A stretch of DNA of 64,000 bases from Bacteriovoracia bacterium (GCA_046570105.1 JBKHVI010000005.1:25294-89293), one strand, 5' to 3'; positions 10,061-20,401 are shown, counted from the stretch's first letter. The notes: generated from the sequence alone by a model not told the origin. Translations and numbers: made by a program.

Positions 10061-11077
10061 ATGAGTAATTTTATGAGCAAAAACTGGACTGGCATGATTC
10101 GTCCAGGCGCACTTGAAGTTGATACTGATACTCTCAAGTCAAACTACGGTAAGTTCACTGCTAAGCCACTCGAGCGCGGCTACGGTCTTACTCTTGGTAA
10201 CTCTCTTCGCCGTGTACTTCTCTCTTCACTTCAGGGAGCAGGTATCGTTGCAGTGAAAATTGATGGTGTAGACCATGAGTTCGGCACAATCAACAACATC
10301 AAAGAAGAAGTTTCAGAAATCATTTTGAACCTTAAAGAAATCCGTTTCAAAATCACTGACAAGGAAGAGATGACTCTTGTCCTTGAGAAGAATTCAGAAG
10401 GCGCTGTTAAGGCCGCTGATATCTCTGAAAACGCTAACGTAAAAGTTCTCAATCCTGAGCACGTTATCTGTAACATTTCTTCAGGCGGCTCAATCCGCAT
10501 GGAGCTTAAAGTTGCTCGCGGCAAAGGCTATGTAACTGCACTTGATAACAAAGACTCGTTCGATCTTCCAGTTGGCTGGATCTACCTTGATACTTTGTTC
10601 TCACCTGTTACACGCGTAAATTACACTGTAACAAACGCACGTGTTGGTAAGCGTACTGACTACGATCGTTTGACTCTTGAAGTTTGGACAACATCTGGAA
10701 TTGATCCTTTGGATGCGATCGCAATTTCTGCGAAGATCCTTCGCGATCAATTGACTGTGTTCTTGAACTTTGAAGACAAGGACACTCCAACTGAAGTGAA
10801 GCCTGCTACTCAAGCTAGCGGTTCGGTAACGAACGACGCTCTCTTGAAGCCAGTTTCTGAGCTTGAATTGTCAGTTCGCTCAGCTAACTGCTTGCAGAAC
10901 GCTAATATCAAGTATATTTACGAGCTCGTTTCTAAGACTGAAGGCGAAATGCTTCGTACTAAGAACTTTGGCCGTAAGTCACTTAACGAAATTAAAGAAA
11001 TCCTTGCTTCAATGGGACTTGGCCTCGGCATGAAAGTCGACAACATCATGAAGCAAGTGGGCTCTCAAGCTGAGTAA
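10061..11077 (+). CDS. rpoA: RNA polymerase alpha subunit
   Basis: [42 protein letters not shown]. Confidence 0.98.
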   Translation: MSNFMSKNWTGMIRPGALEVDTDTLKSNYGKFTAKPLERGYGLTLGNSLRRVLLSSLQGAGIVAVKIDGVDHEFGTINNIKEEVSEIILNLKEIRFKITDKEEMTLVLEKNSEGAVKAADISENANVKVLNPEHVICNISSGGSIRMELKVARGKGYVTALDNKDSFDLPVGWIYLDTLFSPVTRVNYTVTNARVGKRTDYDRLTLEVWTTSGIDPLDAIAISAKILRDQLTVFLNFEDKDTPTEVKPATQASGSVTNDALLKPVSELELSVRSANCLQNANIKYIYELVSKTEGEMLRTKNFGRKSLNEIKEILASMGLGLGMKVDNIMKQVGSQAE

Positions 11078-11108
11078 GCTTGGGATATAGACGAGAAAAG
11101 GGAAAGTT

Positions 11109-11465
11109 ATGAGACACGGTAATCACAAATATCAGTTAGGTCTTGAGCGCTCACACCGCGTAGCCTTGATGAAGAACCTCGCTATCGAGATGATTGATCA
11201 TGGTAAAATCCATACAACTGAAACAAAAGCAAAAGCTCTTAAGCCATTCATCGAGAAATTGGTGACTTTAGGCAAGAGCGATACTTTGGCAAATCGTCGT
11301 TTGGCTTATTCAAAGCTAAACAACAAAGGTGCTGTTAAGGCCCTTTTTGAGACAGTTGCTCCAAAGTTCAAGCAGCGCCCGGGTGGATACACTCGCGTGT
11401 TGAAAGTCGCTGACTCTCGCCTCGGCGATGGTGCTAAGACTGCTTACTTGGCTTTCGTAGAATAG
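11109..11465 (+). CDS. rplQ: 50S ribosomal protein L17
   Basis: MRHG...TTETKAK...RPGGYTR. Confidence 0.97.
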   Translation: MRHGNHKYQLGLERSHRVALMKNLAIEMIDHGKIHTTETKAKALKPFIEKLVTLGKSDTLANRRLAYSKLNNKGAVKALFETVAPKFKQRPGGYTRVLKVADSRLGDGAKTAYLAFVE

Positions 11466-11491
11466 TTTAAGTTAAAATTCTGATCGATTTT

Positions 11492-11530
11492 AAAACCTTC
11501 CCGTGGACACACCCGGGAAGGTTTTTTATT
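11492..11530 (+). terminator. Intrinsic terminator ending the ribosomal operon
   Basis: AAAACCTTCCCG...CGGGAAGGTTTT stem followed by T-rich tail. Confidence 0.85.
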
Positions 11531-11538
11531 TTGGGGCC

Positions 11539-12081
11539 ATGATAAATCGAATTCTTATTGTTGTTGTTTTGATTGGTGGGGCCTTGGCCTTCACTTGGTA
11601 CTCACGTTACAGCCTTCAACAACAACTCGTCGTTGAAGTGAAAGAGACGCTTCTCGAGCGCCTTCCTCCAGCGACTTTTACCACTTTAGAAGGCTCCGCT
11701 TACGATCTGATTGCGGAGCAGGGCTTTGAAGGCAAAACACTTCTGGTGCATTTCTGGGCCACGTGGTGCGGACCCTGTGAAGCAGAGTTGCCTGAACTTT
11801 TAGCACTCACTGACAAACTTCCAGCGAATGTGCGGGTACTGATTGTAGCAATTAATGATGAAGTCCCGAAAATTCGCAAATTCTTGGCGAGCCTCAAGCT
11901 TCCACTGAATAAGGAAGTGCTGTGGTTGATGGATAATCGCAACGTTCATCGCGATCAGTTTGGTACCACTAAGCTGCCCGAGTCCTACGTTTTTAAGGCC
12001 GATGGAAGTATCTTGAGAAAATTAGTCGGCCCGCAAGAATGGGGAAATCCTCATTTTATCGACATATTTAAAGGGCTTTAG
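11539..12081 (+). CDS. TlpA/ResA-family thiol-disulfide oxidoreductase, membrane anchored
   Basis: FWATWCGPC, cis-Pro LPES, N-terminal TM; start ATG 11539 because the track start lies inside the terminator. Confidence 0.9.
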   Translation: MINRILIVVVLIGGALAFTWYSRYSLQQQLVVEVKETLLERLPPATFTTLEGSAYDLIAEQGFEGKTLLVHFWATWCGPCEAELPELLALTDKLPANVRVLIVAINDEVPKIRKFLASLKLPLNKEVLWLMDNRNVHRDQFGTTKLPESYVFKADGSILRKLVGPQEWGNPHFIDIFKGL

Positions 12082-12198
12082 CCCCCTGATCGTCAAAAAA
12101 ATACGCAAATCGACATAGCTCACTGTCAAGTTCGTCTACGAAGTGACGATAAGTTTGACGAGTACGACCCAAGGCCTGGATGGCCCAAAGGAGCAGCT

Positions 12199-13794
12199 AT
12201 GATTATCGATTGGAAGAGCATTAAAGAACTTCATGTTAATAAGAAGATGGAAGAGATTGTAGGCTCGTGGTTCGACCTCGACTTCTTCTATGTCGATGAG
12301 CAAGGCCGCATTCAAAACGAATTCAAGCACAAAGACTATAAGTACTTCTCACACTTTTTTAAAGTGCAGATGGCACATAGTTATGGCCAAGAATGGCTCG
12401 AGCAAGATGTAGAAAAGATCTTTGAAGGCATCAAGGGTGAAGCTGAGATGATCTATGAATATAAGACATTCTTTCCTCATGTTTATGGCTTTGTCGCTAA
12501 AGTGATGGTGGACGGAGAGTTCTTGGGTGCAGTCTGTTCATATCCATTTATGAAAGACGATGCCACGGCAAAAGACGTCGAAGAACTCACAAAGCATATG
12601 TTGGAGTGCGGAATTTCGGAGGCAGATGCGAAGGCGTCGGTCGCTAAAATGCGCAAACTCTTCCCACGTGAACGCGGTTATCTTAAAGAGATGCTCGATA
12701 TCGTTTCAGACGAAGTCGGCACATTCCATGAAGAAATTTCTAAACGTGAAGCACGTATTCATGACCTTACAAGCGAAGTGGGGAACAAATACCGCTATCA
12801 TAATTTGATTGGTAAATCGAAGCGCATGCAACAGATCTATCATCTTTTGCAAAAGATTAATTCTTCAGAGGCCACTATCCTCATTCAAGGTGAGAACGGT
12901 ACTGGTAAAGAACTGGTAGCGAAAGCCATTCACTACAATTCTCCTCGTAAAGACGCGGTTTTTATGGCGGTGAACTGTTCAGCGTTTAACGACAATCTAC
13001 TTGATTCAGAACTCTTTGGTCACGTGAAGGGATCCTTCACTGGTGCGATCAAAGATAAAAAAGGCTTCTTTGAAGTCGCCAACGGCGGAACACTGTTCCT
13101 CGATGAAATTGGTGATACATCTCTCACCATGCAAGTGAAACTTTTGCGTGTCTTGCAAGAAGGAACCTTCCTTCCTGTTGGTGCCACCACTCCTAAAAAA
13201 GTGAATGTGCGTGTCGTGGCAGCTACCAACAAAAATCTTAAAGAGATGATCGCTAAAGGTGAGTTCCGCGAAGACTTGTACTACCGAATTAACGTCATCA
13301 ACGTTCAATTGCCGGCCCTTCGTGAACGCGTAGAAGATATTCCAATATTGATGGATTTCTTCCTCGAGAAACGTTGTGCGGAGTCAGGTGTTCCATTGAA
13401 GCAGTTTGCGAAAAAGACAATGGAGAAGATGCTGGATTATCCATGGCCTGGTAACGTCCGTGAGCTTGAAAACGAAATTGAGCGCTTAGTGGTGCTTTCG
13501 GGTGAAGATAAGATGATCACTCCTGATATCTTGAATCAGCGTATGCTCGATCACGGCGAAAGCGCACAAACGCGTGAGCACGGCCATGGTCTCAAAGGTG
13601 TAAATACCAATGGCAGTCTGAAAGATGCCCTGGAAGAACTCGAGATTCATATGATCCGCGAAGGTTTGAAGCGCTGTGGCTTTAATAAGTCACGTCTGGC
13701 AAAAGAATTAGGCATCAGCCGCGCAGGTTTGATCATGAAAGTCGAGAAATACGGGCTTGATAAGCGTCTCCTCAAGAGAGCTGTTGGCGAGTAG
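12199..13794 (+). CDS. sigma54-dependent enhancer-binding protein, N-terminal PocR-like sensor domain, C-terminal Fis HTH
   Basis: GENGTGKE, GSFTGA (GAFTGA variant), LFLDEIG, WPGNVREL, NKSRLAKELGISR; PocR call is by pattern only. Confidence 0.88.
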   Translation: MIIDWKSIKELHVNKKMEEIVGSWFDLDFFYVDEQGRIQNEFKHKDYKYFSHFFKVQMAHSYGQEWLEQDVEKIFEGIKGEAEMIYEYKTFFPHVYGFVAKVMVDGEFLGAVCSYPFMKDDATAKDVEELTKHMLECGISEADAKASVAKMRKLFPRERGYLKEMLDIVSDEVGTFHEEISKREARIHDLTSEVGNKYRYHNLIGKSKRMQQIYHLLQKINSSEATILIQGENGTGKELVAKAIHYNSPRKDAVFMAVNCSAFNDNLLDSELFGHVKGSFTGAIKDKKGFFEVANGGTLFLDEIGDTSLTMQVKLLRVLQEGTFLPVGATTPKKVNVRVVAATNKNLKEMIAKGEFREDLYYRINVINVQLPALRERVEDIPILMDFFLEKRCAESGVPLKQFAKKTMEKMLDYPWPGNVRELENEIERLVVLSGEDKMITPDILNQRMLDHGESAQTREHGHGLKGVNTNGSLKDALEELEIHMIREGLKRCGFNKSRLAKELGISRAGLIMKVEKYGLDKRLLKRAVGE

Positions 13795-13818
13795 AGTCAA
13801 AAAACAATTTTAAGACAC

Positions 13819-13849
13819 AAAGGAGTCGTGAAAACGGCTCCTTTTTTTT
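13819..13849 (+). terminator. Intrinsic terminator
   Basis: AAAGGAGTCGT-GAAA-ACGGCTCCTTT stem running into a T8 tract. Confidence 0.85.
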
Positions 13850-13891
13850 GTCATGTGGGGTATAACTTTTGGACATTTCCAGGAGGACTCC

Positions 13892-15451
13892 ATGCTGACT
13901 AATTCTGAGCGTCGCGAACAGCTCGCCCAACTCAATGCCCAAGCTGAATTGGGTGGCGGTGTTGAACGTATTAACAAGCAGCACGAGCAAGGTAAGTATT
14001 CTGCACGTGAACGCTTGGAGAAATTGCTCGATCCGGGCAGCTTTATGGAGTTCGATAAATTTGTCGTTCATAAAAGCCGAGCTTTTGGCATCGAGAAAAC
14101 ACAATACCTAGGCGATGGTGTCATCACAGGAATTGGAACGATTAACGGACAGCAAGTAGCTTTGTTCAGCCAAGACTTCACATGCTGGGGCGGAGCACTT
14201 GGAGCCGCTTACGCAAAAAAAATCTGCAAGGTCATGGACTTCGCCCTTGAGCACCGAATTCCTATCATCGGCTTGAATGATTCGGGTGGTGCACGTATTC
14301 AAGAAGGCGTCGAATCACTGGCCGGTTATGCAGAAATTTTCTGGCGTAACGTCCAGGCATCAGGAGTGATTCCTCAAATTTCTCTTGTCTTGGGTCCTTG
14401 TGCAGGTGGCGCTGTTTATTCACCGGCCATGACTGATTTCATTTTCATGGTTGAGAAAACCTCTTACATGTTTGTCACTGGTCCTGATGTTATTAAGACC
14501 GTCACTCACGAAGAAGTGACGAAGGAAGCTTTGGGCGGGGCCAGTACGCACAATGAAAAATCAGGTGTCGCTCACTTTAAATGCACTGATGAAGACGATT
14601 GTTTTGAGCGCGTTCGCGAGCTCTTGAGTTATCTTCCATCTTCGAGCTCAGTGAAGCCAACAGCGGTTCTCACTGCCGATGCGGCCAATCGAACCAATGC
14701 AAAGCTGAAAGATTTTGTACCAGACAATTCACGCAAGCCTTATGACATGAAAGAGTTAGTGGTTGAAGTGGTTGATGATGGTCACTTCTTAGAAGTTCAT
14801 CGCGATTTTGCTAAAAATATTTTGTGTGGTTTTGCATCAGTAGGTGGAGTGAAGATCGGCATTATCGCTAACCAGCCGGCCGTGCTTGCTGGCGTTCTCG
14901 ATATCGACAGCTCAACAAAAGCGGCACGCTTCGTGCGCTTCTGTGATGCTTTCAATATTCCGGTAGTAACTTTTGTTGATGTGCCAGGATTCTTGCCAGG
15001 TACAGTGCAAGAGTACGGCGGTATTATCCGTCATGGCGCTAAACTTCTCTATGCCTACTGTGAAGCAACGGTTCCATTGATTACGGTCATTACTCGCAAA
15101 GCGTACGGTGGTGCCTATGATGTGATGGCTTCCAAGCACATTCGTTCGGACATTAACCTCGCTTACCCGACGGCCGAGATTGCTGTGATGGGTGCTGAAG
15201 GTGCGGTAAATATTATTTTCCGTAACGAGCTCGCAGGTTTAAAGGGCGAGGCTTTTGATAAGAAGAAAAAAGAGTTGGTTGAGAATTATGAAAATGAATT
15301 CGCCAATCCTTATCGTGCAGCGGAGTTAGGTTATTTGGATGAAATTATTTTCCCAGAGCAAACTCGTGCGCGCATCTATCAGTGTCTGAAAGCTCTGGAG
15401 CACAAGAAAGTTCGTGCACCAGAACGCAAACACGGCAACATTCCACTCTAG
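13892..15451 (+). CDS. pccB: Acyl-CoA (propionyl-CoA-type) carboxylase, carboxyltransferase beta subunit
   Basis: [30 protein letters not shown]-terminal [17 protein letters not shown] before ATG 13892. Confidence 0.9.
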   Translation: MLTNSERREQLAQLNAQAELGGGVERINKQHEQGKYSARERLEKLLDPGSFMEFDKFVVHKSRAFGIEKTQYLGDGVITGIGTINGQQVALFSQDFTCWGGALGAAYAKKICKVMDFALEHRIPIIGLNDSGGARIQEGVESLAGYAEIFWRNVQASGVIPQISLVLGPCAGGAVYSPAMTDFIFMVEKTSYMFVTGPDVIKTVTHEEVTKEALGGASTHNEKSGVAHFKCTDEDDCFERVRELLSYLPSSSSVKPTAVLTADAANRTNAKLKDFVPDNSRKPYDMKELVVEVVDDGHFLEVHRDFAKNILCGFASVGGVKIGIIANQPAVLAGVLDIDSSTKAARFVRFCDAFNIPVVTFVDVPGFLPGTVQEYGGIIRHGAKLLYAYCEATVPLITVITRKAYGGAYDVMASKHIRSDINLAYPTAEIAVMGAEGAVNIIFRNELAGLKGEAFDKKKKELVENYENEFANPYRAAELGYLDEIIFPEQTRARIYQCLKALEHKKVRAPERKHGNIPL

Positions 15452-15459
15452 AGGTCATC

Positions 15460-16884
15460 ATGTTAGGAAAACGTGTACTAATTGCAAATCGTGGTGAAAT
15501 TGCCATTCGTATTGCCAAAGCACTTAATGAGCTAGGGCTTGTGAGTGTCGGTGTATGGACTGATAACGAACCCGAGGCTGCTCACCTTGAATATTGCCAA
15601 GAGTGGGTTCATCTTGAGGGCAATTCAAATCGTGATACGTATCTTAATGTTCCAAAAATTTTGGAACTGATTAAAAAGTATAAAATCGATGCGGTTCATC
15701 CGGGGTATGGTTTTCTTTCTGAGAACGGAGAGTTTGCCAAAACACTCAAGGCCCAAGGTGTGATCTTCATCGGGCCTAATCCCGAAGCGATTGCCGCCAT
15801 GGGGGATAAAGCGATTTCCAAACAATGGGCGCAGAAGGCGGGAGTTCCCGTGGTGCCTGGTTCAACAGGTGAAGTGCCGACTGTCGAAGAAGCGATTAAG
15901 CTTTGTCAGACCATTGGATACCCCGTGCTTTTAAAAGCTGTTGCCGGTGGCGGTGGGAAGGGTATGCGTCCTTGTTATTCAGACGCCGATGTTAAAACCA
16001 ATTTTGAAGCTGTTCAGCGTGAAGCTCTTTCGAGTTTTGGGAATGCTGGGCTTCTCGTTGAGAAATACGTACAGAATCCGCACCACATTGAAGTGCAAAT
16101 CTTGGCCGATAAAAAAGGCAATGTTTATCACCTCTTTGAGCGTGAATGTTCAATTCAACGTCGTCATCAGAAAATTATTGAAGAAGCCCCATCACCTTTT
16201 ATTGGCGAAGATACAAAATTGCGCAAAGAAATTTGTGAAACGGCAGTCAAACTCGCGAAAGCTGTTGGCTACGATTCGGCCGGTACTGTTGAATTCATTA
16301 TGGGCGATGACCGCAAATTCTATTTCTTAGAAATGAATACGCGTATCCAGGTAGAGCATCCGATCACTGAAGAGATCACAGGGATTGATCTACTCGCCAA
16401 TATGGTGAAGTCGGCTTTCGGTCAGCCACTCGACTTTAAAACTCAGGACGATATTAAGCTGCATGGCCACGCCATTGAATGTCGAATTTGTGCGGAAGAT
16501 CCCGTAACCATGCTGCCAGCTCCTGGAAAGATAGCTGGCTTTGAAACGACTTTTCCGCAAGGGATTCGTTTTGATCATTGCCTCTATCCTAAATTTACCA
16601 TTACTCCCGACTTCGATCCGATGGTCGGGAAATTGATTGCTCGCGGTTATGATCGTGCGGTGGCGATTCGTAAGGTGCGCGCTGCTCTTGATGGTCTTTT
16701 GCTTGATGGTCTTAAAACGAATATTCCTCTCTTGAAAGTTATTCTTGATGAAGAGAGCTTTAAGAAAGGTGAATACACCACTCATTACATTGCAGGTGTT
16801 AAACCGCAAGAGCGAGTGGCGGTAACAGAAAAAGCGGAGAGTCTCTTAATGAGAGTGGCTTCGGTAGAAATGGGGCAGGTATAA
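15460..16884 (+). CDS. accC: Biotin carboxylase
   Basis: LIANRGEIA, HPGYGFLSEN, ECSIQRRHQK, FLEMNTRIQVEH; GAGG RBS before ATG 15460. Confidence 0.93.
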   Translation: MLGKRVLIANRGEIAIRIAKALNELGLVSVGVWTDNEPEAAHLEYCQEWVHLEGNSNRDTYLNVPKILELIKKYKIDAVHPGYGFLSENGEFAKTLKAQGVIFIGPNPEAIAAMGDKAISKQWAQKAGVPVVPGSTGEVPTVEEAIKLCQTIGYPVLLKAVAGGGGKGMRPCYSDADVKTNFEAVQREALSSFGNAGLLVEKYVQNPHHIEVQILADKKGNVYHLFERECSIQRRHQKIIEEAPSPFIGEDTKLRKEICETAVKLAKAVGYDSAGTVEFIMGDDRKFYFLEMNTRIQVEHPITEEITGIDLLANMVKSAFGQPLDFKTQDDIKLHGHAIECRICAEDPVTMLPAPGKIAGFETTFPQGIRFDHCLYPKFTITPDFDPMVGKLIARGYDRAVAIRKVRAALDGLLLDGLKTNIPLLKVILDEESFKKGEYTTHYIAGVKPQERVAVTEKAESLLMRVASVEMGQV

Positions 16885-16885
16885 G

Positions 16886-17365
16886 ATGCGCTATTATTTT
16901 GTGGATCAAGACCGTAATGACACAGTGGTAGACCTCAACAAGGTTGAAACGAACGGTTCCATATCAAAATTCATTTTTAGTGATAAAGCTTTGTATGCTC
17001 GTCGTTTGGCAGGAAAACTTTTTGGCTCTTGGGATCAGCAAAAATGGTTCAAGCTCACGCAATTATCCGCAGGTGAAACAGTGGTCTCAAATACTGTGAC
17101 CTACAAGATGTATCGCGGCTTCAAGCCTTCAGGATTGTTTAGCGGCGGAGCTGGTGCACTTGTTACCCAAATGCCCGGTAAAGTCGTGAAGCTATTTGTG
17201 AAGACAGGAGACACAGTCGAAAAAGGACAAACCATCCTCATCTTAGAGGCCATGAAAATGGAAAATGAGATTAAGGCAGGTGTTTCAGGGGTAGTAAAAA
17301 GCCTCCTGGTTCAACCCGGACAGGCACTAGAATCAGGCGTTTTGATGGCCGAAATCGAGGAATAA
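16886..17365 (+). CDS. Biotin carboxyl carrier protein
   Basis: MPGKVV...EAMKMENE biotinylation motif. Confidence 0.92.
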   Translation: MRYYFVDQDRNDTVVDLNKVETNGSISKFIFSDKALYARRLAGKLFGSWDQQKWFKLTQLSAGETVVSNTVTYKMYRGFKPSGLFSGGAGALVTQMPGKVVKLFVKTGDTVEKGQTILILEAMKMENEIKAGVSGVVKSLLVQPGQALESGVLMAEIEE

Positions 17366-17449
17366 CCCCTTGATTTAGGCAAGATTTGCCGCTTCTGGCC
17401 CTCTTTATGCGGCGGCGTGGTAAAATAGTAGTCAGGGGGCCCTGCTGCT

Positions 17450-18043
17450 ATGACCGAAACCATTCGCAAAATTGTCACCGCCACTGATCTCAAATCCTAC
17501 TTTTTTCAAGGTCTCAACGAACTGAATAATAAATCGCTCTGTCCTGTTCCACAGGAGACGATTTTTTATTCGAGTGTGGTGCTAGATCGCTTTGCTTTGA
17601 GTGCCACTTATTTTGAATTTAATGAAGGCCGCGTTCGCGAAAAGATTCTCGGCATGAAGTTACTCGAAGCCGGCACTCTTCCACTTGAATCACAAAAACG
17701 TACTTACCAAGAAGTAGGCGATACAGCGCTCATGCTCTGTGGTTATTTCTCTGAATCGCTCAATAAGAAAATCGTTGATCTCACTTACTACGCCCAATTA
17801 GGAAAGACGGCCTATGGCCGCTTAAACAATCATCTTCCTCGTCATCTTGATGTGCCGGATTTCTATCATGTGCTGGCCTCAAGCTTTGAAAATGTAACGA
17901 CTTTGATTAATCTTCTAGCTGCGAGTAATAAATTTGAAGACCCACGCCAGATCATCTTCAATAAGGCGATGAGTGATGAGGCTTCAGAGAATGAACTCTT
18001 GAGCGTAGGGATTCTAAAACCTCATCAAAACAAAGCTTCTTAG
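17450..18043 (+). CDS. Hypothetical cytoplasmic protein
   Basis: 197-aa ORF with a VGDTALMLCGYFSESL...YYAQLGKTAY block typical of a widespread uncharacterised family; no function assignable. Confidence 0.7.
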   Translation: MTETIRKIVTATDLKSYFFQGLNELNNKSLCPVPQETIFYSSVVLDRFALSATYFEFNEGRVREKILGMKLLEAGTLPLESQKRTYQEVGDTALMLCGYFSESLNKKIVDLTYYAQLGKTAYGRLNNHLPRHLDVPDFYHVLASSFENVTTLINLLAASNKFEDPRQIIFNKAMSDEASENELLSVGILKPHQNKAS

Positions 18044-18753
18044 CCATTCGTCGTTGCGAGCTCGATGAGCTTTTTTTCAATCTCCTGACATTGCGTATCG
18101 TCTAGTATTCTGTCGTTCGGGACAGAGAGTTCGCGTGTGAGATCGTCCACGAGTGCTTTTGATATCGCGTGGATTTCTGACAAATTTTTAAGAGAAGACA
18201 TCAAAGCTAATTCAAGTTTGTTCAGCTCTTGCAAATTATTCTCGTATGGGGCCCATTTACCAAAAGAGCGATAATAGGGCCGACGAATATTTAACCAATG
18301 TTGGTGCAGATTGTTATGCTGGATATTTAAACGAGTTATTTCTTTTTCTCTTTCTTGATTGAGATCGATATAGATTCGTTTAGCTAAATTCTCTTCGGTC
18401 GCCGAGAGTTGTAAAATCATGGCATCTGAATCCGCAATTTTCTTATCTTTTATCTTTTGAACATTCTCTTTCTGTATTTCAATATCTTCCTTCATTTGCT
18501 TAAGGCGACTATATTCTCCATAAAGAGCCCGATTATTTCTGAAAAAATCGTGTGACTCAAATTTAAGATCAAGGATTCTTCGAGTAAGAGATACAATTTT
18601 GTGGATAAAAGTCTCGACCTCTCCCTCAATACTGCCCACATCGACTGTCATAACTCTTTCGCAGGCAGGAGGGAGTGACCCTTCAAACTTTTTTTTGAAT
18701 GTTTCAGCTTGAGCGAATGGAATTAAAAAACAAAAAACTATAATAAATTTCAT
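18040..18753 (-). CDS. Exported coiled-coil protein (237 aa), similar to the stalk of the 639-aa protein
   Basis: Signal peptide MKFIIVFCFLIPFAQA from ATG 18753; heptad pattern; NRALYGEY and WAPY blocks shared with 20402-22321. Confidence 0.75.
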   Translation of the reverse strand: MKFIIVFCFLIPFAQAETFKKKFEGSLPPACERVMTVDVGSIEGEVETFIHKIVSLTRRILDLKFESHDFFRNNRALYGEYSRLKQMKEDIEIQKENVQKIKDKKIADSDAMILQLSATEENLAKRIYIDLNQEREKEITRLNIQHNNLHQHWLNIRRPYYRSFGKWAPYENNLQELNKLELALMSSLKNLSEIHAISKALVDDLTRELSVPNDRILDDTQCQEIEKKLIELATTNG

Positions 18754-18760
18754 AAAAATC

Positions 18761-19069
18761 CTATTGGTTGAGATCAGGGTTTTTGTCCACAACTTGCTGT
18801 GTGTATGCCGCAATATCGTAATGTCCTGCTTTGCATTCAGCGAAGTTCAAATTTTCAAGTCGCTTGAAGGCATCAGAAGTGTTTGCGGGAGGATCTTTCA
18901 GCCAGCCGAGATGGCGCTCAAGACAGGCCAGCTTCTGGGGTCTGTCAGCATTCACAACCTGCCCGTCAGTATTTTCTTCTACGGAGCTTGAATTTGAGCC
19001 GCCTGATGATGAAGTACTTTTTCCGCAAGAAGTGCTTAGAATCAAAATTATTAAAATAAGCAGCTTCAT
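18761..19069 (-). CDS. Small lipoprotein with Ser-rich linker
   Basis: MKLLILIILILSTS-C lipobox-like; SSSGGSNSSS linker; two further Cys. Confidence 0.75.
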   Translation of the reverse strand: MKLLILIILILSTSCGKSTSSSGGSNSSSVEENTDGQVVNADRPQKLACLERHLGWLKDPPANTSDAFKRLENLNFAECKAGHYDIAAYTQQVVDKNPDLNQ

Positions 19070-19071
19070 AG

Positions 19072-20031
19072 TTACTCCTGAGTCGTCGCTAGGACTGTTT
19101 CAGAAACATCTAGTGTTGTTGCGGGATGAACTTTTTTTACGAAGTCTTCAAAGGTTTTAAAACGATTTAGATAAAGGGAGAATTCATCGTTCTCTATGTA
19201 GTAAGTGAAAAACCGATCAAAGATTTGCTCCACTGAGTAAATATTTTTGAGATTAAATCGTTCCATTTTGTCATTTAGCAAAAGAGATGCGCTAACGACA
19301 GAGTGAAGTTTATTTTTCCATTCCTTGTTATCGAATTCACGATCCCAAGTATTCATAACCGCCAGATAGTAGTTATAGATATGATAAGATTCATTAATGT
19401 CTTGGGGTTTCTCTAGGCGAGTAGAAACAAAGAGAGATGCACTGATGCTGCTTTGTTTATGTAGTAGGGCACAGGTTTGAGCGCGATTCGTAGTGTAAAC
19501 AAACTTCCCATCGTTTCGCAGATTTCCGCCCATGTCGTAATAATTGATAAACTCAGTAAAAATTGACTTTTCTGTTGGAGCTAAATTCAATCGAAGAGAT
19601 GTAATATCCAGAGTAGGATTAATTAAGTTGATATTACTCGCTGGAATGCCTAATTCATCAACAAAATCCTCTGCGGTATTATTGGCTGGTTTGGCCTGCA
19701 CTAGAAACTTGCCATAGGCGTCTCCGAAACGGTACTCCATGAGACCTGTCATGGTGACGTGAGCACCTTTGTAGGTTTCCACACAAGTCGCTGATGTAAA
19801 GTTATTATCTTTGCAATTATCTCTTTTAGCTGTTTCAAGAAAATGCTTAGCGATCCAAGCCAGATGTTCACAGTCATAGCCTTGAACTTTATTAACATGC
19901 TTCAAGTCTAGAGCAACAGTTCTTGGAATAACGACAGCTTTATCGCCTAGACGATGAATGAAGAAATTATCGTTTGCAAAGCTTTTAGAACAGAAGACAA
20001 GGCTGAAAAAGCCTAAAAATAAAAGTTTCAT
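19072..20031 (-). CDS. Exported hypothetical protein (319 aa)
   Basis: Signal peptide ending SFA; tightly coupled to neighbours; motif spacing shared with the 639-aa protein. Confidence 0.75.
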   Translation of the reverse strand: MKLLFLGFFSLVFCSKSFANDNFFIHRLGDKAVVIPRTVALDLKHVNKVQGYDCEHLAWIAKHFLETAKRDNCKDNNFTSATCVETYKGAHVTMTGLMEYRFGDAYGKFLVQAKPANNTAEDFVDELGIPASNINLINPTLDITSLRLNLAPTEKSIFTEFINYYDMGGNLRNDGKFVYTTNRAQTCALLHKQSSISASLFVSTRLEKPQDINESYHIYNYYLAVMNTWDREFDNKEWKNKLHSVVSASLLLNDKMERFNLKNIYSVEQIFDRFFTYYIENDEFSLYLNRFKTFEDFVKKVHPATTLDVSETVLATTQE

Positions 20032-20396
20032 TAGATATCTCCCAAGGATTTCAATTGTTGAATGGAATTTTTCTGATATTGAGCAAACGCTGCGGCAGCT
20101 ACTTTTGAGGCTTTAGCGTAGTTTTGCTCATCTTCATTTGTTAATTCGCCAGCAAGTGCTTTGCGATTGTATTCCTCCGTCACCAATTCAAGTTCTTCTA
20201 GAGCTTCAGTGAAACGAATTTGCTCTTCAGATCGTTGAGCTGGCTCAACTAGTTCTGGACTCTTCTCTTTAGATAAAGAGGCTGAGGGGGTGTTCCCCTC
20301 AGCAATCTGACTCTTAAGCGCTGGCGCTTTGGTTGACCAACCCAACCAAAGTGCTGCTATCGCTAAGATCATGAACATTAAAAGTGTCTTTTTCAT
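20031..20396 (-). CDS. Membrane-anchored/exported helical protein (121 aa)
   Basis: N-terminal hydrophobic segment, linker, helical C-terminus; 1-nt stop/start overlap with next gene. Confidence 0.7.
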   Translation of the reverse strand: MKKTLLMFMILAIAALWLGWSTKAPALKSQIAEGNTPSASLSKEKSPELVEPAQRSEEQIRFTEALEELELVTEEYNRKALAGELTNEDEQNYAKASKVAAAAFAQYQKNSIQQLKSLGDI

Positions 20397-20401
20397 AAGG
20401 C

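Noticed and set aside
219..10813. Many 60-117 aa alternative-frame and antisense ORFs across the ribosomal operon
   Set aside because: All overlap unambiguous conserved genes; expected shadows of biased codon usage
18764..19160. Plus-strand ORFs 18764-18991 and 18831-19160
   Set aside because: Antisense to the lipoprotein and 319-aa genes, which have export signals and operon coupling
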